Source of the DNA: Nitrosopumilaceae archaeon
Lineage (GTDB): Archaea > Thermoproteota > Nitrososphaeria > Nitrososphaerales > Nitrosopumilaceae
DNA: 64,000 nt
Direction: 5' to 3'
Assembly (NCBI GenBank): GCA_965214835.1
Contig: CBDCCK010000002.1
Location: 2,080,001 to 2,144,000, forward strand
Part shown: positions 43,055-53,811 of the stretch, in pieces
Layout: each line of letters opens with the position of its first letter
Position numbering within the stretch: position 1 is the stretch's first letter
The notes under the pieces: model-generated
Seen by the model: the letters and a program-made list of their open reading frames with translations, nothing else
The model's database searches: none
Told to the model about the DNA's origin: nothing
Program-made: the position numbers and the translations under genes

Positions 43055-44209
43055 CTAGTCCGGATCCTCGTAGCTTTCCTTTCTGTCGCCGGCATCCTGT
43101 GCGCCTCCAACCGGCCTCATCTTGGATCTTAGCACATCCATCCTGGCCTTGTACCCCTCGGCGTATTCCAGCTCCGACGGGACAAGCGTGGCCGGGTGGA
43201 TGAATCCCTGGCCCCTGATGGCCAGCGCCTTTTTTGTGGCAACCTCCCTCACATAATCCCAGTCCGGCGTCGAGAATCCGTCAAAGGGCCCCGTAAGCCT
43301 TCCCTCACGCATGCTGAATACCAGCGACTCTACTATCGGGATGCAAAAGTCAATCGTAGCTGCAGAGTTTAACTTTACGGGCATCAGGGGCATGTTGTGG
43401 CTTCCCCTCGTGTTTCCGGCAACATAGTGCGGGTTGTTAAACACACTTCCGGCCTCCTCTGTTGCCGGGAACCTTTTTTGCGTCCTCACTATGCATATGG
43501 GATCGTCTTTTCCCACGTATGTTCCTGCGATGTTGTGTAGCCTGTCTGTTGATGCGGCAACAATCGGCTCGCCGTCCTTTGTCGTAATCGTGTCTACCAC
43601 GTATCTTCCCGGATACATCAGTGCCGCCTCGATCGTCGGCTTGTCCTCCCACAGCGACAGCTCTGCAATCGAGCCCTCCTCCACATCCATGATGTTCATC
43701 CTTACGCCCTCTGCAAGCGACTTGTTTACGATCAGTCCCGTGTTGCTGAGCCCGTCTACAAACAGCCTGTAAAACGGATAGTTGAACGCGCCCGGCTCGG
43801 TCTTGTCTGCTGCAAACACCGTAAACGCCTCATTCGGCCTCTCTTCAAACTCCATCTCTGCAACGCCGGGCCCCATTCCCTTGATGTTTCCAGAGAACGA
43901 GTCCTTTAGCAGATCCTGTCCTGCGCCATAAAGGCCCTCGCTCCTTGCAACCTGGGTTCCTGCCATGAACGCATCCCATGCCAGCTGGTGAATCTCCTGG
44001 CTTTCAACCCCCCTTGTATGGGTCAAGAGGATATGGACGTCGTCCCCGCAGTATCCTATATAGCTGTCAATCCACAAGTCCGGCTTGCCGTTGACGGTCT
44101 TTTTTACGGCCTCAAGCAGTCCGTCACTTGGCCTTGTATGGCCCCCGATTCCTCCCACGTCGGCCTTGATGACTGAAACGGTAATTTTCATGGAATGGCT
44201 TGCGTCCAC
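43055..44209 (-). CDS. fbp: fructose-1,6-bisphosphate aldolase/phosphatase
   Basis: KADVG..GH, GDD, YGAGQDLL.D.FSGN, YVGKDDP. Confidence 0.96.
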   Translation of the reverse strand: MDASHSMKITVSVIKADVGGIGGHTRPSDGLLEAVKKTVNGKPDLWIDSYIGYCGDDVHILLTHTRGVESQEIHQLAWDAFMAGTQVARSEGLYGAGQDLLKDSFSGNIKGMGPGVAEMEFEERPNEAFTVFAADKTEPGAFNYPFYRLFVDGLSNTGLIVNKSLAEGVRMNIMDVEEGSIAELSLWEDKPTIEAALMYPGRYVVDTITTKDGEPIVAASTDRLHNIAGTYVGKDDPICIVRTQKRFPATEEAGSVFNNPHYVAGNTRGSHNMPLMPVKLNSAATIDFCIPIVESLVFSMREGRLTGPFDGFSTPDWDYVREVATKKALAIRGQGFIHPATLVPSELEYAEGYKARMDVLRSKMRPVGGAQDAGDRKESYEDPD

Positions 44210-44234
44210 CTTGATTTATGTGTAGGCACTCTTT

Positions 44235-45530
44235 CAGCTAAGTGAAAAGTACCCCAGATCCTGCGTCATGGAGGGGGCTTGGGCTCCCTGATATAGATCC
44301 CCATACACTCCTTGAACACCAGCATCGTCATGACGTTTTGCACCCCGGGCCCCTCGCTGAGCAGCGCCCGGATAATTATCCACTCGTTGAACAGTACCAT
44401 CGAATAGTAAAAGCACAGCATCCTGGCAGCCAGATCTGTCGTCCGGGTCTTGGCCCTGCACTCCTCTAGCTTGGCGTATCCTGTCTCGATTCCCCACCTT
44501 GACGAGTACAGCTCGATCCTGATCTTGGGACAGTTCGTTGCAAACCCGATGAGCTTTTTCTCCGGCCTGTCCTCTGCCGCATCCACCGGCTTGTTGCCGT
44601 CCCCGGACTTTTTCCTGTCCGTTATTATCATCGTGTACGTGGTCGAGTCCGTGTTGTTCTCGATTATGTTTCCGGATACCCGGGATCTCTTATCGTCATC
44701 GAACTCGCTGAGTGCTGCGACAACGTTGCCCGTGTTCCTGCACGGCATCAGGAACTTTACTCCCCTCTCCTGCAGCATGGCAATCACCTCGACTGAGAAG
44801 AACTCGCGGTCAAGGAGGAGTAGGCGCACCTTGATTCCTGCCCTTTCAAGCTGGTCAAGGATCAAACCGGCCGATTCAGGCACGGAATCGAGCCTTTTTA
44901 CGTGCAGCGCGCCCAGTGTCAGGCCCAGCCCGTCGTCGACGCACTCGGCAGTGATGTACCTCTCGGCGTATGTCGTCCCGTCCTTTTTCTTCTGGCGCGA
45001 CAGGTTCTCGTCATGACTCCTGTCGTAGCGGGAGATCTTGTGCAGGTCTATTGCTATTGTCAGCCCTCTCTTGGGAATCCTTTTGGCCCTGCCCAGTCTT
45101 TCACACTGCCGTTTTATCTGCGCCTCAAAGGCCTCCTGCGCGGCCTCCGGAGTGGTCGCCTTGATCCTGTAGGCGTGCCATCTGGCAGAGGGCCCGGCTC
45201 CTCCTGTACGCCCCGTGGCGTTGACGCATCCGCCCACCGATGCGTCACTGAGTGCGCCGCGCATCATGCCGCGGTTCAGGTCGTCGATCCCGTATATGGC
45301 GTTGTGTTTCCCGGACATTCTGACGCAGGAGAGCATGTTCCTTCCGCCATCTGCAACATGTTCATATATGCGCGGGTTGTTGTCAAGATCGCGGCACTGT
45401 CTGGATTTTTGTTTTCCCAACGAAAACCACGGGGCCGCACCGTAATTGATCTGTTTGCATTTGCCAGTGTTGTCAAGATGGTCTAAATTCTTTGATTTTC
45501 TGCCTGACTGGGGTACTTTTCACTTAGCTG
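44235..45530 (-). mobile_element. ISH3-family IS (transposase 44266-45420)
   Basis: TIR CAGCTAAGTGAAAAGTACCCCAG; TSD TCTTT; AIDLH, LDREF, RWGIETGY. Confidence 0.95.
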
Positions 45531-45715
45531 TCTTTTTGAGTAAGGGTTTGCCCCTAGGCGATACTATCTGCAGATCCCTTGATCACATGGCCCCGTGCCA
45601 TGTCCTCGGGAGGGGCAGACTCGCCTTTCTGACTGATCCGCAAGAATCTCAAAATATTTGGTGGATTTGTCGTAAAAATCAGGGAGGCGAATCAACGGCA
45701 TGCGGGTGTGGCCTA

Positions 45716-46076
45716 GCTTGTTGCATAACCCTGCCTAAAATTTTGAGCTTGGCCAAAAATCACCAAGATGATCAACGGATCCTGACCGAGAGGGTAAAGG
45801 ATCATGGGAGCGGCATACATGGTACTTGGCATATACGGACAATGCGTTATACGTAGAGGGTGCAGACCTGGTCGTCGAGATCGTAATATCGGTCATAGAG
45901 CGCATGTTTGGCTAGGACGTGATGGGCCACAAGTGGTCCAACATGGTGCATGAGATAAAGTTGGGGGTGTGGATGTACAACAAGTGGGTTGTGGAGGCGG
46001 TTGGCCGTGTGGGAACCGCGCACCGGTTATGATCCGGGCGGATCGACTGGGCTCTAGTCGGGGTTGTGCAGCAGAC
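45716..46076 (+). mobile_element. IS903-like (IS5-family) internally deleted element
   Basis: TIR GCTTGTTGCATAACC/GGTTGTGCAGCAGAC flanked by TA; left part matches 50255-50410. Confidence 0.8.
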
Positions 46077-46121
46077 TAGGAAATCGGAAAGGTAATAAAT
46101 GCCCTCTGATACGAGGTGGAT

Positions 46122-47420
46122 ATGGCAGATAAGGAGCACCTGAACTTAATCGTAACAGGTCATATTGATAATGGAAAGTCCACAACCATGGGACACTTTT
46201 TAATGGATCTCGGCGTTGTTGATGAGAGAACTATTGCAGCCCACGCCGCCGAATCCGAGAAGACCGGAAAGGGCGACACGTTCAAGTACGCCTGGGTCAT
46301 GGATAACATCAAAGATGAGAGGGAAAGGGGCATTACCATCGATCTCGCATTTCAAAAGTTCGAGACACCAAAGTACTTTTTCACGCTGATCGATGCCCCA
46401 GGCCACAGGGACTTTATCAAGAACATGATTACCGGCGCATCTGAGGCAGATGCCGCAGTCTTGGTACTATCTGCAAAGGAGGGCGAGACTGACACGGCAG
46501 TTGCAACGGGCGGGCAGGCAAGAGAGCACGCATTCCTATTAAAGACGCTGGGCGTGAACCAAATCATCGTTGCAATCAACAAGATGGATGACAGCAACTA
46601 TTCCGAGGACGCGTTCAAGGCGGCCAAGGAAAAGGGCGAAAAGCTCATCAAGTCAGTCGGCTACAAGCCTGACAACGTACCGTTCATTCCTGTCTCCGGG
46701 TGGAAGGGCGACAACCTGGTAAAAAGGTCAGAAAACATGTCGTGGTATTCCGGTAAGACACTGCTTGAGGCATTTGATGACTTTGCCGTGGCAGAAAAAC
46801 CGGTTGGAAAGCCGCTGCGCGTCCCAATCCAGGATGTCTACACCATTACCGGCGTGGGTACCGTGCCTGTGGGTAGGGTAGAGACTGGCACGATGAAGCC
46901 CAATGACAAAATCGTCGTAATGCCTTCGGGCGCAGTAGGCGAGATAAAGTCAATAGAGACACACCACACACAGCTGCCGTCTGCCTCGGCAGGCGACAAC
47001 ATCGGCTTTAACCTCCGGGGCATCGAAAAGAAGGACATCAAGAGGGGAGACGTCATGGGGAGTCCCAACGATCCGCCAAGGGTGGCAAAAGAGTTCAAGG
47101 CCCAGATTATCGTCATCCACCATCCGACGGCAATCGCGCCCGGATACACACCGGTAATGCACTGCCACACTGCGCAGGTGGCAGCGACCGTCACGGAGTT
47201 TATCTCAAAGATCAACCCGGCAACCGGCGCAACCGACGAAGAAAGCCCGAAATTCCTCAAGGTCGGAGACTCTGCAATCGTAAAGATCAGGCCGGTAAGA
47301 CCGACTCCTATTGAAACGTTCCAAGACTATCCGGAAATGGGAAGATTCGCACTCAGGGATATGGGTGCCACAATCGCAGCCGGAGTCGTCAAGGAAATCA
47401 CCGAAGAGCACAAGCCATAG
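46122..47420 (+). CDS. tuf: elongation factor 1-alpha
   Basis: GHIDNGKST, ERERGITID, DAPGH, NKMD. Confidence 0.98.
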   Translation: MADKEHLNLIVTGHIDNGKSTTMGHFLMDLGVVDERTIAAHAAESEKTGKGDTFKYAWVMDNIKDERERGITIDLAFQKFETPKYFFTLIDAPGHRDFIKNMITGASEADAAVLVLSAKEGETDTAVATGGQAREHAFLLKTLGVNQIIVAINKMDDSNYSEDAFKAAKEKGEKLIKSVGYKPDNVPFIPVSGWKGDNLVKRSENMSWYSGKTLLEAFDDFAVAEKPVGKPLRVPIQDVYTITGVGTVPVGRVETGTMKPNDKIVVMPSGAVGEIKSIETHHTQLPSASAGDNIGFNLRGIEKKDIKRGDVMGSPNDPPRVAKEFKAQIIVIHHPTAIAPGYTPVMHCHTAQVAATVTEFISKINPATGATDEESPKFLKVGDSAIVKIRPVRPTPIETFQDYPEMGRFALRDMGATIAAGVVKEITEEHKP

Positions 47421-47430
47421 GTCGGGTTAG

Positions 47431-47739
47431 TTGACTCAGTCTGCCCGTATCAAACTCTCAAGCACCAGCCTCCCTAGGCTAGACGGGGTATGCGGCGAGA
47501 TTATGGGTATAGGCAAAAAGACCGGCGTCCGGGTAAAGGGGCCGACCCCGCTTCCTGTCAAGAGGCGGCACGTTGCTACAAGAAAATCCCCCTGCGGCAA
47601 CGGCACCGAGACCTACGAAAAGTGGGAGATGAGGATGCATAGGAGAATTATTGACATTAACGCAGATGACAAGGCAATCAGACAGCTGATGAGGCTAAAG
47701 ATACCAGATGACGTCTATATTGAGCTGTCGCTGACATAG
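47431..47739 (+). CDS. rpsJ: ribosomal protein uS10
   Basis: GPTPLP, RKSPCG.G, MRMHRR. Confidence 0.96.
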   Translation: MTQSARIKLSSTSLPRLDGVCGEIMGIGKKTGVRVKGPTPLPVKRRHVATRKSPCGNGTETYEKWEMRMHRRIIDINADDKAIRQLMRLKIPDDVYIELSLT

Positions 47740-47749
47740 GGGTTGTAAA

Positions 47750-47953
47750 ATGTCCAAAGACTCCCCTGAAGCTACCGAGGGCCTAGAGGCCGCACAGGCA
47801 GAAATATTTGACGTCGTCTACTCCTGCCTGAGGTGCGGGACAAACGTGTCCAATACAGATCTGAGCAGGCTACCTGAAATCAAGTGCATCTGTGGATTCA
47901 GGGTGTTTACCAAGGTCAGACCCCCTGTTGTAAAGTCCGTCAAGGCAGTGTAG
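47750..47953 (+). CDS. rpoP: RNA polymerase subunit Rpo12 (P)
   Basis: YSCLRCG...C.CGFRVFTKVR. Confidence 0.88.
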   Translation: MSKDSPEATEGLEAAQAEIFDVVYSCLRCGTNVSNTDLSRLPEIKCICGFRVFTKVRPPVVKSVKAV

Positions 47954-47955
47954 AA

Positions 47956-48153
47956 CTATCTGTCCTTTTTGTAGCTGTGCTCCCTTTGCAGGTGCGCCCT
48001 CATATCCTCCATGCTTGAGAAGTTTTTGGCACACTCCTTGCAGTCATACGGGCTGTCCTTAAAGTGGACCGCTTGCTTGTGATGCATCAGCTCCTCCTGC
48101 CGTGAGAACCCTGACGCGCACAAGCCACACCGGTGTTTTTTGAAGAGGCCCAT
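47956..48153 (-). CDS. double C2H2 zinc-finger protein
   Basis: Two Cx2C-x12-Hx4H motifs. Confidence 0.85.
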   Translation of the reverse strand: MGLFKKHRCGLCASGFSRQEELMHHKQAVHFKDSPYDCKECAKNFSSMEDMRAHLQREHSYKKDR

Positions 48154-48156
48154 TCC

Positions 48157-48567
48157 CTATCCGTACTTTGCCTTTTGCTCGTCCCAGCACCTTCTGCAGA
48201 GCTGGCCTTCGATCTTCCACTTTGGCTTGGGGTTGTACCGTATCAGCCCCATCTTGCCGCTGCATATTGTGCAAAAGTTCCTTTTCTCGTTGAATCCTGA
48301 CTCTTTTTTATCAAAACACTCCTTGCAGAGTAGCCCATCCATGTCCCACTGCCACCTTGGCTCCCACATGTCTGAGATCTTCTTGGTGGTGCCGCAGACA
48401 ATACAGGGCTGCCTGACCTTGGCCTCGTAGAACTCGTTTGACTTGTCCATGTGGCAGTCCCCGCAGAGCCTTCCATTGATGTTCCACTCCCGCTTGGGCT
48501 TGTGCTTGTGAGTGAGCTCCTTGCTGCATACTGCGCAATATTCCACCTTTTTGCCAAACAGGCCCAT
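48157..48567 (-). CDS. tri-repeat CxxC zinc-binding protein
   Basis: Three CxxC...P..W...G.LCxxC units. Confidence 0.85.
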   Translation of the reverse strand: MGLFGKKVEYCAVCSKELTHKHKPKREWNINGRLCGDCHMDKSNEFYEAKVRQPCIVCGTTKKISDMWEPRWQWDMDGLLCKECFDKKESGFNEKRNFCTICSGKMGLIRYNPKPKWKIEGQLCRRCWDEQKAKYG

Positions 48568-48629
48568 GATATCACTGGCTGGTATTTGATTAAAAATGAT
48601 TCGAGGCAAAAACGGGCGGGATTTGGCGA

Positions 48630-48755
48630 CTAGGATTCGTCAAGAATCTTCTCGATTGCCTGGCTTGCGTTTAGCATGCCGTGCTCCCTTGCAAATTCCT
48701 CGATGATCCTGTACTGCTCGGTTGTAAAGCAGATCGGCATTGAGCGCTTGTCCAT
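48630..48755 (-). CDS. small ribbon-helix-helix-like protein
   Basis: 41 aa: MDKRSMPICFTTEQY..IEEFA...ASQAIE. Confidence 0.65.
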   Translation of the reverse strand: MDKRSMPICFTTEQYRIIEEFAREHGMLNASQAIEKILDES

Positions 48756-48844
48756 GATGGTAGCAGGGGCTGTTATTTAATATGCCTTCCGATGCTCGTA
48801 GCCTGTTGAACACATGATAAAAACGCCCCCGCCGTAGCCAGGGT

Positions 48845-48955
48845 GATGGATCAACCCCTCGTTATGCATGTGCTTCGCGCACTACCTGTTGAATGGGGAT
48901 ATCCGAGCTGCTGTGTTCCTGTGCTACGCGCACTGATGGATGAATGCAGCTTCTG
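48845..48955 (+). ncRNA. predicted bridge RNA (target and donor loops)
   Basis: Two stem/internal-loop modules whose loop strands match the target and circle junction; conserved in three copies. Confidence 0.8.
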
Positions 48956-48995
48956 ATCTGTCAAACCATATCCGAAAGGAGGTGAAAGAAAAGGA

Positions 48996-50073
48996 TTGAG
49001 AAGCATAGGAATAGACATTGGAAAGAGAAAATGCGCAGTGTGCGTCATCGACGCCAAGGGACACGTGCTAGAGGAGGGCTCGTATAACAACACGTACAAG
49101 GAGGCATCAAAGCTTGCTGCACGACTGAAAAAAGAGTACAAAAAGTGCCAGGCCGCGTGCGAGTCAACGGGCAACATGTGGCTAAAGACGTTCAGGGCGT
49201 TTGAGGATCAGCATATCCCCATACTGCTTGCAAACACCCTCAAGATGAAGATAGTATCAGAGACCAGCGCAAAGACCGACCCGATAGACGCAAGGAAGAT
49301 AGCCGACACGCTCAGGGCCGGAATGATACCACGATGCTACGTGGCATCAGCAGAGCTGAGGGATGTCAGGGAGCTGATGAGGTACAGGATACGGATGGTA
49401 CAGGAGAGGACCGCAGTCATAAACGGGCTGCACAGCTTGGCTTGACAAGTACGACATAGCCATAGATGCATCCACGATGTACTCCAAGAAGGCCATACGG
49501 AAGATCTCCGATACCAGGCTGAACATGCCAAACGATGACAGGATACTGGCAAGCTGCACTAGGAGGATTGCATCAGTTACAGAGGAGATAGACCAAGCAG
49601 GGGAGGACATAGGAAGACAGGCAGGATCGAACGAGGATGCCAAGCTGCTGTTGAGCATGACGGGAATAGACACCTTTGCAGCAATGCTGCTGATAGCAGA
49701 GATCGGCGACATAACCAGATTTCCATCGCCGAACCAGCTTGTGTCCTGGGCCGGCATGTGTCCCCGGGTGTACCAGTCGGGGGATCGCGAGTACTACGGC
49801 CACATGAAAAAGGATGCAAACCGCAGGATCAACTGGCTGATGATCCAGATAGTCAACGTCGCCGTACAGCACGACGACAGGATGAAAGAGTTCTACGAGA
49901 GGGTCCGCAAAAGGAACGGCAACAACCACGTCATAGCGATAACGCATGTTGCAAACAAGATGCTCAGGATAATCTGGCACATGCTGACGACAAAGACTGC
50001 GTATTCATCGCGCAATGCTGTCCTGTACGACAAGAAGATCAAGAGGGTGACAGAACTGGCGGGAACGGCATAG
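48996..50073 (+). pseudogene. IS110 recombinase, one frameshift near 49440
   Basis: GIDIGK, ESTG, KTDPIDA; C-terminal G.CP...QSG. Confidence 0.92.
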
Positions 50074-50254
50074 GATTACCACCTTCCTCCCCCACCCACC
50101 CACCCAATGATCCGCCCGCACCCTGGCAGGTGCGACAGGACTGGCTCGTGCGTATTGCTAGCGTTAGCTATAAAGCACGGCCCGGCCGACTAGGCACGGA
50201 TCAGAAGACGAAAGGAACGTCGCCATGTTACTGGCGGGCGTTTTACCATGGATG

Positions 50255-50640
50255 CATAACTCTGCCTAAAATTTGAAACTTGACCAAAAATCACCCAAAT
50301 TATCAACGGATCCTGACCGAAAAAGTAATGGAATATGAGGATGCCACGTATGGTACTTGACACACACGGACAATGCCAAGTACGGAGGGGGGTAGGCCTA
50401 GTAGTCAAGTACGATCCAGGCTGGGAGAATGATCTCAAGAATGCCAACTGCCACAAGGAGGGTGCCCCGTTCCTGTACGCAGATGGCATGATAATGGTCG
50501 CGGCGGCCCTCAGAACCGCATTCATGATGCCGTACAGGCAGCTGTCAGGCATGATCAGGGAAATGCTAAGGGGCATGGACTCGTCGTGCTATGCCACGAT
50601 ATTTGGGAGGATGCAAAAGCTTGACGTCGACATTGCATAG
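50255..50640 (+). mobile_element. IS903-like remnant whose left TIR is interrupted by IS110 copy 1
   Basis: VRRG...W...KEG.PF.Y...PYRQ..G; GCCTGT-TG-CATAAC reconstitutes the TIR. Confidence 0.8.
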
Positions 50641-50719
50641 TCAACACATAAAAAAAACGGATTGTTTTGACAACTATTTTTGATCCAAAGATCTAAGACT
50701 AGGGGAGCCATACATATGT

Positions 50720-51095
50720 GCATCAAAGCGCAAGCAGAACGAGTTCAAGGAGGCAGCGCAAAAGCTGATCAGGGAAAATACGGCACAAGGGTATACGGTA
50801 CTGGCAGAAGACGAGTCCTCCGTGCAGAAGACCTCGAACAGCCCCAAGCGTGGGTGGACAAAGCGCGGCATGAGCGTCACGGTGCCCTCGTCCCTGTCAC
50901 GGCCGCGCCGGTACATGTTTGGCGTACTGTCAGCTAGTAGACTTTATGCGTAATCGGTTCAGATCTAGGATTATTAGGAACAAATTCATCTCATTCAGGT
51001 CGATTACGCATAAAGTCTAGTGTATTCTACTTTATGTTCTATGACAAGACCAGCACCGACAGCTTTTGCGACTTTTTTGGCAAATGCACACAAGG
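50720..51095 (+). mobile_element. IS630-family remnant
   Basis: AEDES...GW...G...MFGVLS|..FYF.FYDK. Confidence 0.7.
50939..51018. mobile_element. 80-bp MITE of the ISL2-like family
   Basis: TIR AGACTTTATGCGTAATCG/CGATTACGCATAAAGTCT; TSD AGT. Confidence 0.9.
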
Positions 51096-51097
51096 TC

Positions 51098-51148
51098 TGA
51101 TCTACAAGCTTGGCGGTCATTTTACAGGAAGTTTTTTTGGATAGCCCC
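51098..51148 (-). mobile_element. IS5-type left-end fragment
   Basis: Reverse match to 11651-11700. Confidence 0.7.
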
Positions 51149-51228
51149 GGCTGATTTCTGGAAAAATTCCGGATAATGCAAGCTATACTTTTCTGACTGC
51201 AAAGATTTTACGTGGGCAGATCCCAGTC

Positions 51229-51741
51229 ATGCACATGAAAAAGCGCCAGATTGTAGTCATCGGGCACAACGACAACGGCTGTACGCCCGAGCACGAGAGG
51301 ATTGCATATGATACCGGTGTCGAGGTTGCAAAATCCGGCTCGGTCCTAGTTACCGGAGGCCTGGGAGGAGTGATGCGCGCCTCCTGCCATGGTGCATCTG
51401 ATGCAGGGGGCATAACCGTGGGCATACTGCCCCAGGATGATCCCGGCTTTGCCAACGAGTACTGCCAGATTGTAATACCAAGCGGCATGGGGCTGACCCG
51501 GGACTTTCTCAACGCGCTTTCGGCAGACGGCATCATAATCATCGGCGGCGGCTCTGGAACCCTCTCTGAGGTGTGTGCCGCGTACATGCACAAAAAGCCG
51601 ATGGTCGCAATCAGAAACACCGGCGGAACCGCCGACAGGTATGCTGACAGCTATGTCGATCACCGGCAGAATGTGAAGATCATAGGTGTGAGTACGCCAA
51701 AGGAGGCAGTGGAAAAAATCCTGGAACTGATCACTTCATAG
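51229..51741 (+). CDS. TIGR00725/LOG-like Rossmann protein
   Basis: TGGLGGVM, GILP, GGGSGTLSE. Confidence 0.9.
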   Translation: MHMKKRQIVVIGHNDNGCTPEHERIAYDTGVEVAKSGSVLVTGGLGGVMRASCHGASDAGGITVGILPQDDPGFANEYCQIVIPSGMGLTRDFLNALSADGIIIIGGGSGTLSEVCAAYMHKKPMVAIRNTGGTADRYADSYVDHRQNVKIIGVSTPKEAVEKILELITS

Positions 51742-52867
51742 ACTCTAGTAGCGGATCCGGCCTGTAGAACTCGCCGCCTTCCTGTGCAAGCCTGTCCAGC
51801 TCTGCAACGATTCTGCCCATCCCGATCTCCCTTGCCGTCTCAAACAGCGGCCTCTTGAGGCCCAGCCCCAGCCTTGCGGCCATTTCGAGCTCCTCAATGT
51901 CGCTTGCCTTGTTTGTGACCAGCCATGCTGCATTGTTGAGAACATTTGCCACCAGCGGGATGGGGTCGAACTTTCCTGCCAGCTCCTCTGAGAGCCCCAC
52001 CCTCTCATACTTGTCATCAGAGTACCTGTAGAACCCCTCGCCTGATTTCTGGCCCAGCCTCCCATCTTCGAACATCTTCCCGATTGTAGGATGCGGCAGG
52101 ACAACCTTCTTGTCCCTGAGATGCATCTCGGTAGTCGCCTTGTGGATGACGTCCATGCCGGTAAAGTCTGCCAGCTCAAAAACCCCCATCGGGAACCCCA
52201 TCTTGAACTTTACCGCAGAGTCAATCTCCTCCAGGGAGGCGCCCGTCCTGTCCATTGCATAGCATGCCTCGTGGACCATGGGGATAAACAGCCTGTTGAT
52301 TATGAATCCGGGAACGTCCCGCCTGCACAGGACTCCTTGCTTCCCTACGGACTCTACGTACTCCCTTGTCAGCCTGAGCGTCTCCTGGGAGGTCTTTTGG
52401 CCCGGGATGATCTCGACTAGCTTCATCAACTGCGGAGGATTGAAAAAGTGGATTCCGATGAATTTGTCCGGGCGCGAGATCGACTCTGCAATCTCGGTAA
52501 TCGGCAGCGTGCTTGTGTTTGATGCAAAGATCACCCCTTCATCGGATGCCTCGTCTAGCTCCGCATAGACCTTTTTTTTCAGATCCATGATTTCAGGAAC
52601 CACCTCGATTACCATCTCTGTGTCCCTGACTGCCTCCTTGAGATCCACGACCGGCGTTATTCTTCCAAATATTGCGTCTGCCTCGTCCTTTGGGATTTTT
52701 TCCTTTGAGACCATCTTGTCTAGGCTCCACCTGATCTTCTCCATCGCCTTATCCAGGAACTCCTGCCGGATGTCCCGCAGTACCACGTCGTATCCTGCAG
52801 CAGCTGAGACCTGCGCTATTCCGTGTCCCATGACCCCCGAGCCTAGAACCGTGATGCTCTTTACCAT
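51731..52867 (-). CDS. 3-hydroxyacyl-CoA dehydrogenase (likely 3-hydroxybutyryl-CoA, 3HP/4HB cycle)
   Basis: GSGVMG, SNTS, HFFNPP...LVE, GFIINR. Confidence 0.93.
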   Translation of the reverse strand: MVKSITVLGSGVMGHGIAQVSAAAGYDVVLRDIRQEFLDKAMEKIRWSLDKMVSKEKIPKDEADAIFGRITPVVDLKEAVRDTEMVIEVVPEIMDLKKKVYAELDEASDEGVIFASNTSTLPITEIAESISRPDKFIGIHFFNPPQLMKLVEIIPGQKTSQETLRLTREYVESVGKQGVLCRRDVPGFIINRLFIPMVHEACYAMDRTGASLEEIDSAVKFKMGFPMGVFELADFTGMDVIHKATTEMHLRDKKVVLPHPTIGKMFEDGRLGQKSGEGFYRYSDDKYERVGLSEELAGKFDPIPLVANVLNNAAWLVTNKASDIEELEMAARLGLGLKRPLFETAREIGMGRIVAELDRLAQEGGEFYRPDPLLESMK

Positions 52868-53163
52868 AAGTGAGGGATCCTGCCATCCCTTATTATCCTA
52901 TTTGACCGGCGATCCTTGACGTGTTGTCTGAAAACCATGTTCGTTAGTAACTGATGTCCGTCTACATACATTTTGGATCACTTTTTCTGACTGCTTTTGT
53001 GAACAGGCTAGGACACTAGACCTTATGCGTAATCGGTTAAAATCAAAAAAGTCAGGCAGCTTTTACGTCATTTTTGACAAATACACAAAGTATGATGGTA
53101 TCAGAAGGCGGTTGATCCGTTTGCATTCTTGCCAGTTTGACCCAGCTAGGATGCATTTTGCTT

Positions 53164-53255
53164 GTACGAGGCCACCTCTCATTGAGCAAATAGGCGTGAA
53201 TTCGCATGCTGCTGTGATTTTCATGCCTAGCCAGCAATGGGACGTGACCACGTAT
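53164..53255. mobile_element. IS66-like MITE family A
   Basis: GTACGAGGCCAC...GGGACGTGACCACGTAT; TSD not preserved. Confidence 0.75.
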
Positions 53256-53336
53256 GCTGTCCCGTCCGGTTCCTATCCTATAAGCAACCACGTTTAATCC
53301 GCATGGTTTTTAACGGATTTTCAAGCCTAGCTTGGC

Positions 53337-53501
53337 ATGGGGCTGTTTGGACGCAAAAAGGACGACAAGAATACAAAGTGCAAGGAATGTGGGCTGGATC
53401 TGCCCACCCCCGAAAGGCTTGAAAGGCACATGAAAAAGGCACACGGAAACATTCCTGAGAAAAAGTTTGATCCAAACCGTGCCGGGGATGGTACCTGGTA
53501 A
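53337..53501 (+). CDS. small C2H2 zinc-finger protein
   Basis: 54 aa with CKECG...LERHMKKAH; stop overlaps the next ATG. Confidence 0.75.
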   Translation: MGLFGRKKDDKNTKCKECGLDLPTPERLERHMKKAHGNIPEKKFDPNRAGDGTW

Positions 53502-53779
53502 TGGATGAGCTAAGCGACGGGAAAAAACACACCCTGATCTTCGGGGGCGCCCTGGTCATTGCGGGCCTAGTTATAGCAACCGTGGTGTTTCCCTTCTGGA
53601 ACCTGATACGCGAGGATGTCTTTGAGGAGGCCGAGATTCTAAAAAACGACGGGGGGATCTGCTATGTGGAGACCTCCGACAAGATCCCAAAGACCATTGA
53701 GGACTGTACCCACATGCCCGGAGACATCGTGGTGGTAAAATACGGCCGGGGACTCGCATGGGCGACCATCGAGCCCTGA
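53501..53779 (+). CDS. membrane-anchored hypothetical protein
   Basis: TM helix plus a small beta domain. Confidence 0.75.
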   Translation: MDELSDGKKHTLIFGGALVIAGLVIATVVFPFWNLIREDVFEEAEILKNDGGICYVETSDKIPKTIEDCTHMPGDIVVVKYGRGLAWATIEP

Positions 53780-53811
53780 ATGCTTAATACCGGACGGCCC
53801 GATCCACCGTC

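Larger units (their letters stand above)
48807..50254 (+). mobile_element. IS110-family element, copy 1
   Basis: TG core at both ends; subterminal IR CATGATAAAAACGCCC/GGGCGTTTTACCATG; no TSD. Confidence 0.92.
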
